A DNA stretch of 64,000 nt, taken from contig CAVRUC010000010.1 in assembly GCA_963724295.1 (NCBI GenBank), forward strand, positions 1-64,000, written 5' to 3'. A program made the position numbers and the translations under genes. The stretch's first letter is position 1; every line of letters begins with the position of its first letter. This document shows positions 7,265 through 17,720 of the stretch, piece by piece. The notes beneath the pieces were generated by a model that did no database searches, was not told where the DNA came from, and saw only the letters and a list, made by a program, of their open reading frames with translations. The DNA is from an uncultured Chloroflexia bacterium (lineage in GTDB: Bacteria > Chloroflexota > Chloroflexia > Thermomicrobiales > UBA6265).

Positions 7265-9979
7265 ATGGCGACCGTCGAACGGACAAGAACACCTACCGAG
7301 GAGATCGTCGCGCGCATCTGGGCGCAGGAGCTGCGGCTGCCGCACATCGGTCTCGACGAGGATTTCATTGATCTCGGATCTCACTCCTTGCAGGGTGTGG
7401 CGGTTGTCGCCCGGCTCGAAGAGCGCTTCGGGGTTTCTATCCCGGTGCGGGTCCTGTTCGAGGAGCCAACCGTCGCCGATCTGGCTGCCTGGATCGATCG
7501 CCAGGGCCATGTAACCCATGGCGCCGAAATCGAGATCGTCCGGGTGCAAGAAGGACGCGGCCTGCGGCCGATCTTTGCCGTGCCCGGTGGCGGGGCTGTC
7601 GGTCGAGGTCTGTATGGGATAGCCAAGCTGGCACGAGAGACCGATCCGGGTCGGCCTGTATTTGCATTGCCCGGCGATCCCCCTGTCCCGGCAAACACGC
7701 CGCAGGAATCGTGGGTTCAGGCCGCCGCTGGCAGCTTGATCGCCGCGGTGCGCATCCAACAGCCTCATGGTCCGTATCTTCTGTTCGGAAGCTGCGTCGG
7801 CGGCATCATCGCCTGGGAGATGGCTCGGCAACTCGAGGGGAGCGGTGAGATCGTCCACCTCTTCCTCAACGACACCCAACACCCGCGACTGCGTACCGAT
7901 GCGAAATTGCGCTCACCTACCGAAAAACGGATGAAGCGTTTGGCCCGGATTGACCGGCGCAGGTTGCAGGACGCGTCAGCTCCGCAGCGCGTCGTGGAGA
8001 CCGCGCACAAGAGGCCCAAGGACCGCAAACTGCGGCAGGAGATGACCAGGATATACCGCCCTGAGCCTCTGGCGGGCCGGGTGAGATTGATCGCCAATGC
8101 GGACTGGCACCGAGACAATCCGACGCTTGGGTGGGACGAACTTGTCGGTGAATGCCAGGACGTGGCGGTGCGGAAGGGGGGACACGCGCTGCTGCGGAAC
8201 ATCGGTGAGGTAGCGACCTGGCTCCGTGCCGGGCTCGAGGAGGTCGATCGCCAGCCTCTGAGCCCGGTGCAGGCGGAGCGTCAACCAGTTCCGGCCGACC
8301 GGGCGGATGAACTCTCGATGACGGCGGGCTTGGCTCCGCCCAGAGCCGTGTCAGCTCAGGCGACGATCATCGAGGCACTCGCCAGTTGGGCAGATCGATC
8401 GCCTGACGCCCCGGCCCTCTTTGGGCCGGACGGCGACATGGTCGACTATGCGCGACTCGCGGCTGAAGTGGAACGGCTCGCCGCCGCATTGCGTGAACTG
8501 GGGATTCGCCGCCATGACCCTATCGCCATCGTTCTCCCCAATGGCCCGGCACTGGCGACCATGATCCTCGCGAGCATGACCGCGGCGATCGCCGCCCCAC
8601 TCCCCTGGGGCATGACCCGGCACGAGTACATGGAAGCGATGAGCAATGACGCGGGGCGCCTCGTAGCGCTCCCTGCAGGACAAGAGTCACCCGCGCGTGA
8701 AGCGGCCACACACATGAGGCTGCCGCTCGTCGAGCTGGCACCGGCGCCACTCGGAAAAGCTGGGACATTCCACCTGATAGGCGATCCGATTGGTCCACCC
8801 GTCTCAGAGGCACGTCCCCATTTAGACGACATCGCCCTCGTCATCAATTCTTCTGGAACGACCGGACGCCCGAAGCGGATTCCCCGCACCCACCGAAACA
8901 TCACGACCACATCGGCTGACGTGTGTCGGGCGATGGGGGCTTCGTCATCCGACCGCTGCCTTAATTTTGCCCCGATGGCGTTCAGTCAGGGACTCAATAC
9001 CTTGCTAACTAGCGTGTGGATCGGCGGATCACTCGTTGCTCTGCCCGGGATGGACCTGACAAGACTTCCAGATCAACTCCGTACGTTTTGTCCCACCTGG
9101 TTCTCGGCTACGCCGAGCGTGCTACGGGTGATCGCCAACGACGATGCGGCACGCCGCGCGATTCGAGAGTTTCCCCTGCGGCTCATTCGGGCCAGCGCGG
9201 GAGCACTCTCCACGGCGGAGATTGCCTTCCTGGAAGAACGCCTCGCAACGCCGGTGCTCCACAGCTACGGGATGTCGGAGGCGTCCTCCATCGCCGGGGA
9301 GCACTTCGCGGCGCCCTTGCGCAAACCAGGGTCGGTTGGAATGCCGAACCACGAAGTGGCGATCGTCCAGGGCGATGGTACTTCGGTCGCATCCGGCGAG
9401 ATTGGCGAGATCACCGTGCGCGGTCCGCATGTATTTCCCGGCTATCTTGGCGATGCGGATGCCAATGCGACAGTCTTTCTGCCACAGGGTTGGTTTCGCA
9501 CCGGCGATGTGGGAAGGATCGACGAGGACGGCTTCCTCTTCGTGACCGGCCGCCTCAAGGAGATGATCAAGCGCGCCGGCCTGTCGATCAGCCCGCGCGA
9601 GATCGAAGACGTGCTGCTGGACGATCCGGCCGTGGAGGAGGCATGCGTCTTCGGGATTCCGCATCCAGACCTCGGTGAAGACGTGGCGGCGGCAGTTGTC
9701 GTCTGCCCCAACGCGGCCGTGACCGAGCGTCTTCTCCGGGACCGGGTGGCGTCGCGGCTCTCGCCAGCGAAGGTTCCACGCAGCATCACCTTCGTGACCG
9801 AAATTCCGAAAACGCCATCGGGCAAACCGATGCGGAGCGCGCTTGCGGCGGCAGCCGGGGTTCGGTTCACGCAGCGAGCCAGTAACGGTGATGCATCACC
9901 CGTTGAGCGAGACGAGAGGCTGGCAGTTGTCCAGTCTGATGCGAACGCTATTGAGCATGGAGGCAAAGCTCGAGACTGA
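7265..9979 (+). CDS. NRPS-like multidomain protein: carrier domain + thioesterase + adenylation domain (T-TE-A)
   Basis: DFIDLGSHSL (PPant Ser ~7385) with LFEEPTVADLA; QPHGPYLLFGSCVGG thioesterase; SSGTTGRPK, YGMSE, GWFRTGD, PKTPSGK. Start uncertain (7244 or 7265). Confidence 0.85.
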   Translation: MATVERTRTPTEEIVARIWAQELRLPHIGLDEDFIDLGSHSLQGVAVVARLEERFGVSIPVRVLFEEPTVADLAAWIDRQGHVTHGAEIEIVRVQEGRGLRPIFAVPGGGAVGRGLYGIAKLARETDPGRPVFALPGDPPVPANTPQESWVQAAAGSLIAAVRIQQPHGPYLLFGSCVGGIIAWEMARQLEGSGEIVHLFLNDTQHPRLRTDAKLRSPTEKRMKRLARIDRRRLQDASAPQRVVETAHKRPKDRKLRQEMTRIYRPEPLAGRVRLIANADWHRDNPTLGWDELVGECQDVAVRKGGHALLRNIGEVATWLRAGLEEVDRQPLSPVQAERQPVPADRADELSMTAGLAPPRAVSAQATIIEALASWADRSPDAPALFGPDGDMVDYARLAAEVERLAAALRELGIRRHDPIAIVLPNGPALATMILASMTAAIAAPLPWGMTRHEYMEAMSNDAGRLVALPAGQESPAREAATHMRLPLVELAPAPLGKAGTFHLIGDPIGPPVSEARPHLDDIALVINSSGTTGRPKRIPRTHRNITTTSADVCRAMGASSSDRCLNFAPMAFSQGLNTLLTSVWIGGSLVALPGMDLTRLPDQLRTFCPTWFSATPSVLRVIANDDAARRAIREFPLRLIRASAGALSTAEIAFLEERLATPVLHSYGMSEASSIAGEHFAAPLRKPGSVGMPNHEVAIVQGDGTSVASGEIGEITVRGPHVFPGYLGDADANATVFLPQGWFRTGDVGRIDEDGFLFVTGRLKEMIKRAGLSISPREIEDVLLDDPAVEEACVFGIPHPDLGEDVAAAVVVCPNAAVTERLLRDRVASRLSPAKVPRSITFVTEIPKTPSGKPMRSALAAAAGVRFTQRASNGDASPVERDERLAVVQSDANAIEHGGKARD

Positions 9980-10047
9980 AGTGCAGCGCCAACCCACCCG
10001 CCGATTGTGTGGCCGCACGCGCCTGCTCGCCGGGAACCTCGTCGCGC

Positions 10048-10464
10048 TCAGGCTCCCGAACGGGGATCGGTGGCGGGGAGTGCGCCGAGCTGCTGGAGGA
10101 TCCCCAGGTGGTCCCAGTTGGTGCCGATGACCTCGGCGATCTTGCCCTCGCCGATACGCAAGGTCGTGGTCCCGGTCCAGGTCGCTGCCTTGCCCGTCGC
10201 CGCCACCGGCCCCATCGGACTCGCCCATTCCCCCTGATGCGTGCCCGAGGCGGTCCAGACAGTGGCGACTTTGTCCGCCTCGGCGAGCTGATCGTCGATG
10301 GTGATCTGGTAGTCGGGAAAGGCGGTGCGCATCATGGCCGCCATACCCAACGTCGGCGTCAGCAGCTCCGATCCGAGGATCTGCTCCCCGAGATCCAGTT
10401 GTCGCTGGTTGTGGAAGATCTCGAAGTATTGGCGAACGAGGACTTTGTTCTCTGCGGTGGACAT
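10048..10464 (-). CDS. SnoaL-like ester cyclase family protein
   Basis: RBS GGAAGGAG; MSTAENKVLVRQYF...AFPDYQITIDDQLAEADKVA...GTHQGEW...D(H)LGILQQLG. Confidence 0.85.
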   Translation of the reverse strand: MSTAENKVLVRQYFEIFHNQRQLDLGEQILGSELLTPTLGMAAMMRTAFPDYQITIDDQLAEADKVATVWTASGTHQGEWASPMGPVAATGKAATWTGTTTLRIGEGKIAEVIGTNWDHLGILQQLGALPATDPRSGA

Positions 10465-10567
10465 CGGTCCGCTCCTTCCACGGCGTGAACTGAGTGGCGG
10501 CTCGCCCCGCTGCTCACAGCCAGGCTGCGCCAACTGAAGCGGAGGGCAATCTCCCTGGAGAAGAGAA

Positions 10568-10918
10568 TCACCAGCGCCAGTGCCGGTTCCTCGAGTGATG
10601 GTGCCTGTTGAACTCGCGTCTGGCCCCTTTGTCGCCACTGAACTTGGGCCTTCCTTCGCCACGTGAGCGGAGCCGGTCGATAGGACGCTCGTGCTTCTTC
10701 TGAGAATGTCGCACGACGTGATGGGGTGGCCGGTTGTCGACTCGGGCGCACGTCCTCCGGCTCTCAGGGTCTCGCCCAGCCTCAGAATTCCCGGTCCTGG
10801 CCAGAATCCGGCACCGATCCGGATGATGGGAAACCTCTGCGGCCAGGATCGGCCCACCGGACCCGATGACGAACAGAACGGCCAGCACGAGAAGTGCACT
10901 GGTGCGGAAAACGGTCAT
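10568..10918 (-). CDS. Small secreted hypothetical protein (Arg/His-rich)
   Basis: RBS GGAGG; hydrophobic signal-like N-terminus MTVFRTSALLVLAVLFVIGSGGPILA. Confidence 0.4.
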   Translation of the reverse strand: MTVFRTSALLVLAVLFVIGSGGPILAAEVSHHPDRCRILARTGNSEAGRDPESRRTCARVDNRPPHHVVRHSQKKHERPIDRLRSRGEGRPKFSGDKGARREFNRHHHSRNRHWRW

Positions 10919-11079
10919 GGCAACCTCCGAGGAAAGACCTCTCTTGCCATGACTCTAGCGTCGGTCCTTAGCATGTCAACCTGACGGGGTACACCGGAGT
11001 CACCAAATCCCGGCGACGCCGGTATCGAGCACGATGTTCAGGGTCACTGCAGAACCTGTATGAACGGACAAAGCTCCTC

Positions 11080-11592
11080 TCACATCTCCGTTCGGCTGTG
11101 CGGGATCCTGCCCGTCTGCGGCTGCTCGCCGACGCGCCATCGGTACATACTCGCCGCGAAGGGGAGATTGCCGGTGTTGTAGACCGTTTGCGGCGGTTGG
11201 TCTCCGCCGGCGGCGCCAGAGGCTTCCGCATGGAATCGATCGGCGGGACCGAACTGGTAATCCGCCCCGGGCAGACCATCCACCATCGGTTCCAGTTGGG
11301 AGCGAAACTCGCGCACCCGGTGGTCATTGAAGAACGTGGCCAGCACGCGCTGGACATCGTCCGCGCCAATTTCGAGCTCGACCGCGTAGTGACCACTGCC
11401 GACATATGCCTCGACGGCTTCAATACCGGCCTCGATCGCGGCGTCGCAAGGAAACTGTGCCTGGGTCTCGCGCAGTGCCGCCTCCGCTCCCGGTTTCACC
11501 CGGCCGATGAGCAACAGCCGTAGCGGACGGGGCGTCAATGCCGCTCTCTGTCCCTCGCGTGCCGACTGGCCTCCCGCGTGATCGTCGTTCAC
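11080..11592 (-). CDS. Hypothetical protein
   Basis: RBS AAGGAGG before GTG; globular-looking sequence (RLLLIGRVKPGAEAALRE...EAVEAYVGSGHYAVELE). Confidence 0.65.
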   Translation of the reverse strand: MNDDHAGGQSAREGQRAALTPRPLRLLLIGRVKPGAEAALRETQAQFPCDAAIEAGIEAVEAYVGSGHYAVELEIGADDVQRVLATFFNDHRVREFRSQLEPMVDGLPGADYQFGPADRFHAEASGAAGGDQPPQTVYNTGNLPFAASMYRWRVGEQPQTGRIPHSRTEM

Positions 11593-11837
11593 GGTCTGAT
11601 CCTCCTTCGATCGGCTGGCGATTGAACCATTGTGCCAGCTATCGATCTCCGGTCGCATCTCGGAACCCAGGCAAGCACGCGCAGTGCCACAGTTCGTCTC
11701 GTCACTCCCAACCGGGTTCCGCCATGCATCGCGCCCGCGGATTGACGAAACATGGCAAGATGGCGGTGCATGCTTCTCAGCAAAGTCGTGTCCTTGAAGT
11801 GATACCAGATGCTTGAACTTGAAGCTGGAGCAGGACC

Positions 11838-12452
11838 ATGGTTGGGGAATTCATCTCGCGAGGGTTTCGCGGTCGCCGGCAAGAGGATCCCGCGGTAGCC
11901 GGCCGGATCCCGCCCGGGCAATATCTCACCCCCGGCTTTCCGGTCCTTTCCGCCGGACCGACTCCGCACACGCCGCTCGCGCAATGGGACTTTGCGATTG
12001 AGGGAGCGGTGCGTCCTGCGCGGCGCTGGACCTGGGATGAGTTCCGCGCGCTGCCGAGCGAGTCGATCACCGTCGATATCCACTGCGTCACCAAGTGGAG
12101 CAAGCTCGACACGGTCTGGGAGGGAGTCGCGATCGATACGCTCCTCGACGGCGTGGAGACGGACGGGACCTATGTGACGGCGTTCTCTGACGGCGGCTAC
12201 ACCACGAACCTGCCGCTGGCGGATCTCGTCGGCGGCAAGGCCTGGGTGGCGTTCGCCTACGGTGGCGAGCCACTGGCGCCGGAGCATGGCGGCCCGGCCA
12301 GGTTGCTGGTGCCGCACCTCTATTTCTGGAAGAGCGCAAAATGGGTGCGTGGTCTCGAAATCACGCCCCGCGACCGTCCCGGCTTCTGGGAGTCGCTCGG
12401 CTACCACGATTACGGTGATCCATGGCGGGAACAGCGATACCAGGGCGACTAG
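11838..12452 (+). CDS. Sulfite oxidase-like molybdopterin-binding oxidoreductase (YuiH-like)
   Basis: RIPPGQY, DIHCVTKWSK, EHGGPARLLVPHLYFWKSAKWV, GFWESLGYH. Confidence 0.92.
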   Translation: MVGEFISRGFRGRRQEDPAVAGRIPPGQYLTPGFPVLSAGPTPHTPLAQWDFAIEGAVRPARRWTWDEFRALPSESITVDIHCVTKWSKLDTVWEGVAIDTLLDGVETDGTYVTAFSDGGYTTNLPLADLVGGKAWVAFAYGGEPLAPEHGGPARLLVPHLYFWKSAKWVRGLEITPRDRPGFWESLGYHDYGDPWREQRYQGD

Positions 12453-13171
12453 GCTGGCAACTCACCCGCCTGGTCGAGAAGCAAATCGAGACGCCGCGGG
12501 TCATGACCCTGCGCCTCGAGTCGGACGCCTGGCCGGGGCATCTCCCCGGCCAGCACATCGACGTGCGCCTCACCGCGGAGGATGGCTACCAGGCGCAGCG
12601 GTCGTACTCGATCGCCTCCGCCCCGGCCGCCGGGAGCCTCGACCTGACCGTCGAGGAGATCGCCGACGGCGAAGTCTCCCCCTACCTGAGTGAAGAACTG
12701 CGCCCGGGGGACCGCCTGGAGTTGCGGGGACCGATCGGCGGCTACTTCACCTGGACGGAAGCGAACGGCGGCCCCCTGCTCCTTGTCGGCGGCGGCTCCG
12801 GCGTGGCGCCCTTGATGTCGATGCTCCGCTACCGGGCAGCCGTTGGCAGCACCATCCCGGCCACGCTGCTCTACTCCTCCCGCTCGTGGGACGAGATCAT
12901 TTATCGGGAGGAGCTCGAACGACTCAGTGCCGATCCGGCGCTGCGCGTCATCCACACGCTGACGCGATCGCATCCGGATGGCTGGGACGGGTACACCCGC
13001 CGCGTCGACGCGGCGATGCTCGCGGACGCCGCTGGTGAGCCGGAGCCGGGACGACTCGCCTACGCCTGCGGTCCGACTCAGTTCGTGGAAAATGTGGCGA
13101 GTGGTCTGGTCGCGCTCGGGTATCCGCCGGCACGGGTCAAGACCGAGCGTTTCGGCCCTACTGGAGGTTGA
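12422..13171 (+). CDS. FAD/NAD-binding ferredoxin reductase-like oxidoreductase
   Basis: RSYSIAS, GEVSPYL, GGGSGVAP, YACGP, ERFG motifs. Confidence 0.9.
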   Translation: MAGTAIPGRLGWQLTRLVEKQIETPRVMTLRLESDAWPGHLPGQHIDVRLTAEDGYQAQRSYSIASAPAAGSLDLTVEEIADGEVSPYLSEELRPGDRLELRGPIGGYFTWTEANGGPLLLVGGGSGVAPLMSMLRYRAAVGSTIPATLLYSSRSWDEIIYREELERLSADPALRVIHTLTRSHPDGWDGYTRRVDAAMLADAAGEPEPGRLAYACGPTQFVENVASGLVALGYPPARVKTERFGPTGG

Positions 13172-13173
13172 AG

Positions 13174-13467
13174 ATGGGCGAAATCGAGGAAGAGCCAACG
13201 ACACGGCTCGATGGCAATGCCGCCGCCGGGATCCTGACCGAGGTGTTCTGTGGGGAGCCGAGTGGCGCCATGATCGTCTGTGCCGGTTGCGGCGCCACCG
13301 CGGCAATCGGCGCGCTCATGGCCTACGGCCTGGAGCTGGGAGCGATTCTGCGCTGCCCGCACTGCGACACGGCGGTGCTACGCCTCGGAGCGGCAGGCGC
13401 CACGCTGTGGCTCGATCTCCGCGGCGCGGTCAGCCTGCGCGTTAGGATCGGCGATTCCGCCTCCTAG
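13174..13467 (+). CDS. DUF6510-family protein (two CxxC motifs)
   Basis: LDGNAAAG, CAGC, RCPHC, WLDLRG; typical third gene of this operon. Confidence 0.8.
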   Translation: MGEIEEEPTTRLDGNAAAGILTEVFCGEPSGAMIVCAGCGATAAIGALMAYGLELGAILRCPHCDTAVLRLGAAGATLWLDLRGAVSLRVRIGDSAS

Positions 13468-13805
13468 GCAGTGTCCTGATCCTGTTCTCGCGCCTGCGCT
13501 TCTTCCTCGGCGAGGCACACCCGCTCGTGGATCTCACCGATGTCCCCGGCGATGAGTGTCTCCACGTCATCGCGCCGCGCCACCAGCGAGAGCGCGTGGT
13601 CCCCCGCCGCCATGCCCAGTGCGCGGCCGTAGTCAGGCCCGCGGCGCATCACCAGGAACTGAAATGCGGTGCCATAGGTGTTGACGGCGCGCACCAGCCC
13701 GACGCTCCCAGCGGGATGACCTTTGTCCGCAATACGGACGATCGCCCGCGCATAGCGGTCGATCTCTTTCGGATCGATGACGAAGACTTTGATCTCATTG
13801 GCCAC
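13464..13805 (-). CDS. Hypothetical protein
   Basis: RBS-like GAGAGGG before GTG; protein-like composition; convergent with the DUF6510 gene. Confidence 0.55.
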   Translation of the reverse strand: MANEIKVFVIDPKEIDRYARAIVRIADKGHPAGSVGLVRAVNTYGTAFQFLVMRRGPDYGRALGMAAGDHALSLVARRDDVETLIAGDIGEIHERVCLAEEEAQAREQDQDTA

Positions 13806-13983
13806 GACACTATCCCTCTCGCTTCTCGCTCCTAGCATCCGGCGCCGATCGCGTGCCGGTTAGTGGGCGGCAACGCGGGAACCGGCACCGTCGCTTGCCA
13901 GTTGCGGAGCAGTGCATATTCTCAGATAAGTCTAAGGTCCAGCGTCAACCGAACCAGCTGGTGGGGTGCGCGGCAATCGCCTT

Positions 13984-15937
13984 CTATGAGCAGCAATGGC
14001 CGTTCGCGTGCGGTGTGGGCGGTGGTACGTCGAGCGCCGGGTTGGCGGCGAAGAACCCAGCCGGCTGCAAAAGAAAGCCCGCGTACGAGACCGGCATCAC
14101 CGGCCAATCCTCGGGACGCGGCGCATGGTGGCTGCCCACGGTGTACCAGAGCACGACGTCGGTCTCTTCGATTGACCGGTCCGCCGCCGTCCATTCCGGC
14201 AGACCGGCTCCTCCTGGGTGCTGGTAGGGAAAATCACCTGCGGCGAAGCGCTCGCGGTCGGCGTGCGGCGTGACCCAGAGGTGCTTGGTCATGAACGCGG
14301 CTCGCTTCGCCACGCTCGACTCGGCGCTGGCCATCGCCTGCACATTGCCATGTGGCACCAATCGATAGCCGACGGGCTCGCCGATCGCGTTGCGGCGCTC
14401 CGGATTCACCACCCGCCAGACCCGCCCCCGCAGCGGGTCGATCAGTTGCTGGGCTTCCAGTTCGGTGCGCAGCGGGGTGCGCACGGTGCGGAACGCCGCT
14501 CCGAGAACGTTGCCGGGACCGGCCGCTTCGGCCTCCGCGTGCTCCTCATAGACAGTGTTCACCGGTCCATCGACGTCCAGATCGAGCCGGAAGTTGAAGA
14601 AGTGCTGATGGATCGGCGCGTAGAGCCCGTCCTCGTTGAGAAGTTGACCATACCGCGGAGTTTGCCCCGCGGGCACGGCCCCCGTGGAGAGGATGCCGGT
14701 GAGCTTCACTTCGCACTGGATCGTGCCGTCCTGATAGAAGTACCAGAAGATGCCGTAGTCGTAATTGCCGATCGTCGAGAAGGACGAGACGACCAGGCGC
14801 CGCGAGCGGCGCAACTCCGTCTGGTTGGTGCGCATGTTCATGTGCCGCCAGAGGACGCCGTAGTCCTCCTCGTGCATGCAGATCGCGTTCTTGACGGCGT
14901 GGGCACGACCGTCCTGGTCGACCAGGGCCGCGTCGAAATAGTGGATCTCGCCCAGGCAATCGCAACCGAGCGTCAACGAGTTGACCAGCGCCCCGAAGTT
15001 CAGCTCGCCGCCGTCGAAGGTGTTCTTGCGGTGATGCGTCGGCGACGGGTCACCGTACGGCACGACCATGTCTGACATCGCCGCGCGATGCAGGATCGGC
15101 CGCAGGCGCCCGTGGTCCTCCCAGCCGACGGTGTGCAAGACCAGACCTTCACGGGGCGTAAACCCGACCCGGAACCGCCACTTCTGCCAGCGCACGAGAG
15201 CGCCATCAACGGTGAAGCTCGGGCCCTCCGGCTGGCTGATCTCCAGCGGCTTGAGATCCGATCGCAACGGTCCTACGTCGTCCAGCCCGTAGTTGGCGTT
15301 CCTGGCCGGGACCGGCACCACGCCGTGGTCCTCGACCCGAACGACCGACATCTCGTGCAGGTCGAAGATGACGATCACGTTCTCGACCGGGTGGGCGTAG
15401 CCGTTGTCGTCGTCGGGACTGGAACGGACCCAGACGATGCCTCTCGTCAAGCGGCGCCCTTCGAGATCGGCCTCGTCCTCGTAGACCCCGAATGGCCAGG
15501 GATCGACCCAGACCAGGTCCATGTCTGTAATGCCGCGGCGGTGCATCGCCTCTTGAAAGGCAGGATCCTGCCGCACGACCTGTTCGCAGGCGAGGATCTC
15601 TTCCAGCGTCAAGGTCGCCTGCCCGGCCTCGATGAGGTCCCAGCTCGTAACTCGACCCTCGGTCAGAGAGATGAGCGCCTCGACCGTCCCTCGCTCGGCG
15701 CGATCGATGAGGACCGCTCGTGCCTCACGCGGAAGGTCGTGACCGTTCGCCGACGCCTCGCTCCCGAGCACCTCTGCCTTCGGCGGTTCACGCAGGGCGA
15801 CTTCAACGAAGCGGAAGCGGCGATCGTCCCAGACGCCGCCCGGAACTCCGGCACGGAGGATTGCTACCGCCTCTGAGAGCTCATCGACCGAAAGCGGCTC
15901 CAGCGGATGCCGGGTACGGGTTGGTGCTATGGGCCAT
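13984..15937 (-). CDS. Copper-containing primary amine oxidase (TPQ); probable +1 frameshift just after the ATG
   Basis: HPLEPL, TIGNYDY (TPQ site), HQH copper ligands, PRPEDWPVMP; RBS GAGGA before ATG 15937, which is one base out of frame. Confidence 0.93.
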
Positions 15938-15952
15938 GGTTCCTCGTCCTTG

Positions 15953-16022
15953 GGTGATGGGGTGATGGGTCGCAGGATGGCGGGGTGGCGGGGAGATCGA
16001 TGACCCTGCCACCCTGCCACCA
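15953..16022. repeat. Short octamer-type direct/inverted repeats in the amine oxidase leader
   Basis: gggtgatgg x2, then tggcggggtggcgggg pairing with ccctgccaccctgcca. Confidence 0.5.
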
Positions 16023-16145
16023 CTTGCGTCCGCAGGCGCGCAGCGAGTAACCACCCTGTCACCGTAAGCGCCTCGCGGTTTCGCATCTCTACCCGGCAAG
16101 GCTAGAAAGGCGGTGATAGCTTGTCAATCGCGCTATCCTTGCGGT

Positions 16146-17720
16146 GTGAACGAGCATGAGCGTCACCAGTACGACACCATCCTCATTGGTGCCGGCGCGG
16201 CCGGGTGCGTCCTCGCCAACCGGCTGACCGAGGACGCCGGTCGGTCTGTGCTGCTGCTGGAGGCCGGTCCCGATTACGGGTCCGATCCCGCCGCCTGGCC
16301 GGCGGAGCTCCTCGACCCCACGAACGTCTGGCCGGACTCGCACAGCTGGGGCTTCACCCTCGCGGGGCGAGAAGGAGACAATCCCTTCCCTCTGCCGCGT
16401 ACGCGGCTCGTCGGCGGCACGACGACGGTAAACGGTTGCGTCTGGCTCCGTGGCTCCGCCGTCGACTTTGACGGCTGGGCCGAATCCGGCAACCCCGGTT
16501 GGAGCTTCAGGGATATGTTGCCGTACTTCCAGCGGGCGGAGAGCGATCCGGGAGGTGGTCCGCTGGCCGGAACCAGCGGTCCGGTGCCGGTGTTTCGGGT
16601 CGCCGATCGAGACATCGCGCCGGCCGAGCGGGCATTCATGGCCGCCGCCGACTCCGTCGGGCTCCCGATCGTGGCCGATCTGAATCGCACTCCAAACCAG
16701 ACACCTGGCGTCGGACCGGCGCCGAAAAACATCGCCGACGGCGTCCGCATGAATGGAGCCTTCACCTACCTGGCGCCGGCCCGGTCCCGCCGCAACCTCG
16801 CGATTCGCGCCAACAGTCCGGTCGATCGAGTGCTCTTCGAGAACGGTCGAGCGATTGGCGTCAGACTGGTCGACGGTCGTGAGGTCAGGGGCCGGGAGAT
16901 CGTGCTCTGCGCCGGCACCTATGGCTCACCCGCGATCCTGCTCCGCTCGGGGATCGGCCCCGCGGAGCATCTGCGCGAGCTTGGCATCCCGGTCACCCAA
17001 CACCTCCCCGGTGTCGGCGAGAACCTGCTCGATCATCCACTCGCCTCACCCGATCGGCCGCGACCTCGGCTGGTGCGGCCGGAGCACGCACCTCGATCCC
17101 GGTCGTTCATCCCCGTTCTGGCCAAGGCGCGCAGCCGGCACGCGGGCGATGACATCGACCTCCACATCTACATCGGGCAGAACTTCGACGAGTCATGCGG
17201 CGCCTGGTTCCTCTGGATCACGGCCAGCCTGCAGTTCGCCCGCTCCCAGGGCCGCGTCCGCCTGACGTCCGCGGACCCCATGGCGCCGCTCGACATCGAC
17301 CACGCCTATCTCAGCGACCCGGCCGATCTGGAGGCCCTGTGCGACGGCATCGAGCTCGCCGAACGGATCATCGCCGCGGCCCCCATGCAGCGCGTTCTCG
17401 AGCCGTATGCCGAGGATAAGCCTCCCTGGGGAGATGCCGGCGAGCTCCCGGCGTGGGCCCTGTCCCGCTTCGGCACGACGTTCCATCCCTCGAGCACGTG
17501 CCGTATGGGTCCGGCGTCCGATCCGATGGCGGTGGTCGACCACGACGCGCTCGTCCATGGCGTAGCCGGTCTGCGCGTCGTCGACGCTTCGATCTTCCCG
17601 ACCGGTCCCCGCGCCAACATCCATTTCACCGTCGTCGCCGTCGCCGAGAAACTCGCGGACACGATCAGACATCAACCCGCGAGCGGACATCTCGAGGCCA
17701 CATCGCCTGCGGAGGACCTG
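16146..17720 (+). CDS. GMC family FAD oxidoreductase (choline dehydrogenase-like); reads in frame into the downstream HD gene
   Basis: IGAGAAG, GGTTTVNG, GVGENLLDH, FHPSSTCRMG, GLRVVDAS. Confidence 0.9.

Noticed and set aside
10048..10464. SnoaL-like cyclase as a tailoring enzyme of the ligase cluster
   Set aside because: Convergently transcribed and a very common stand-alone family; no evidence of linkage beyond adjacency
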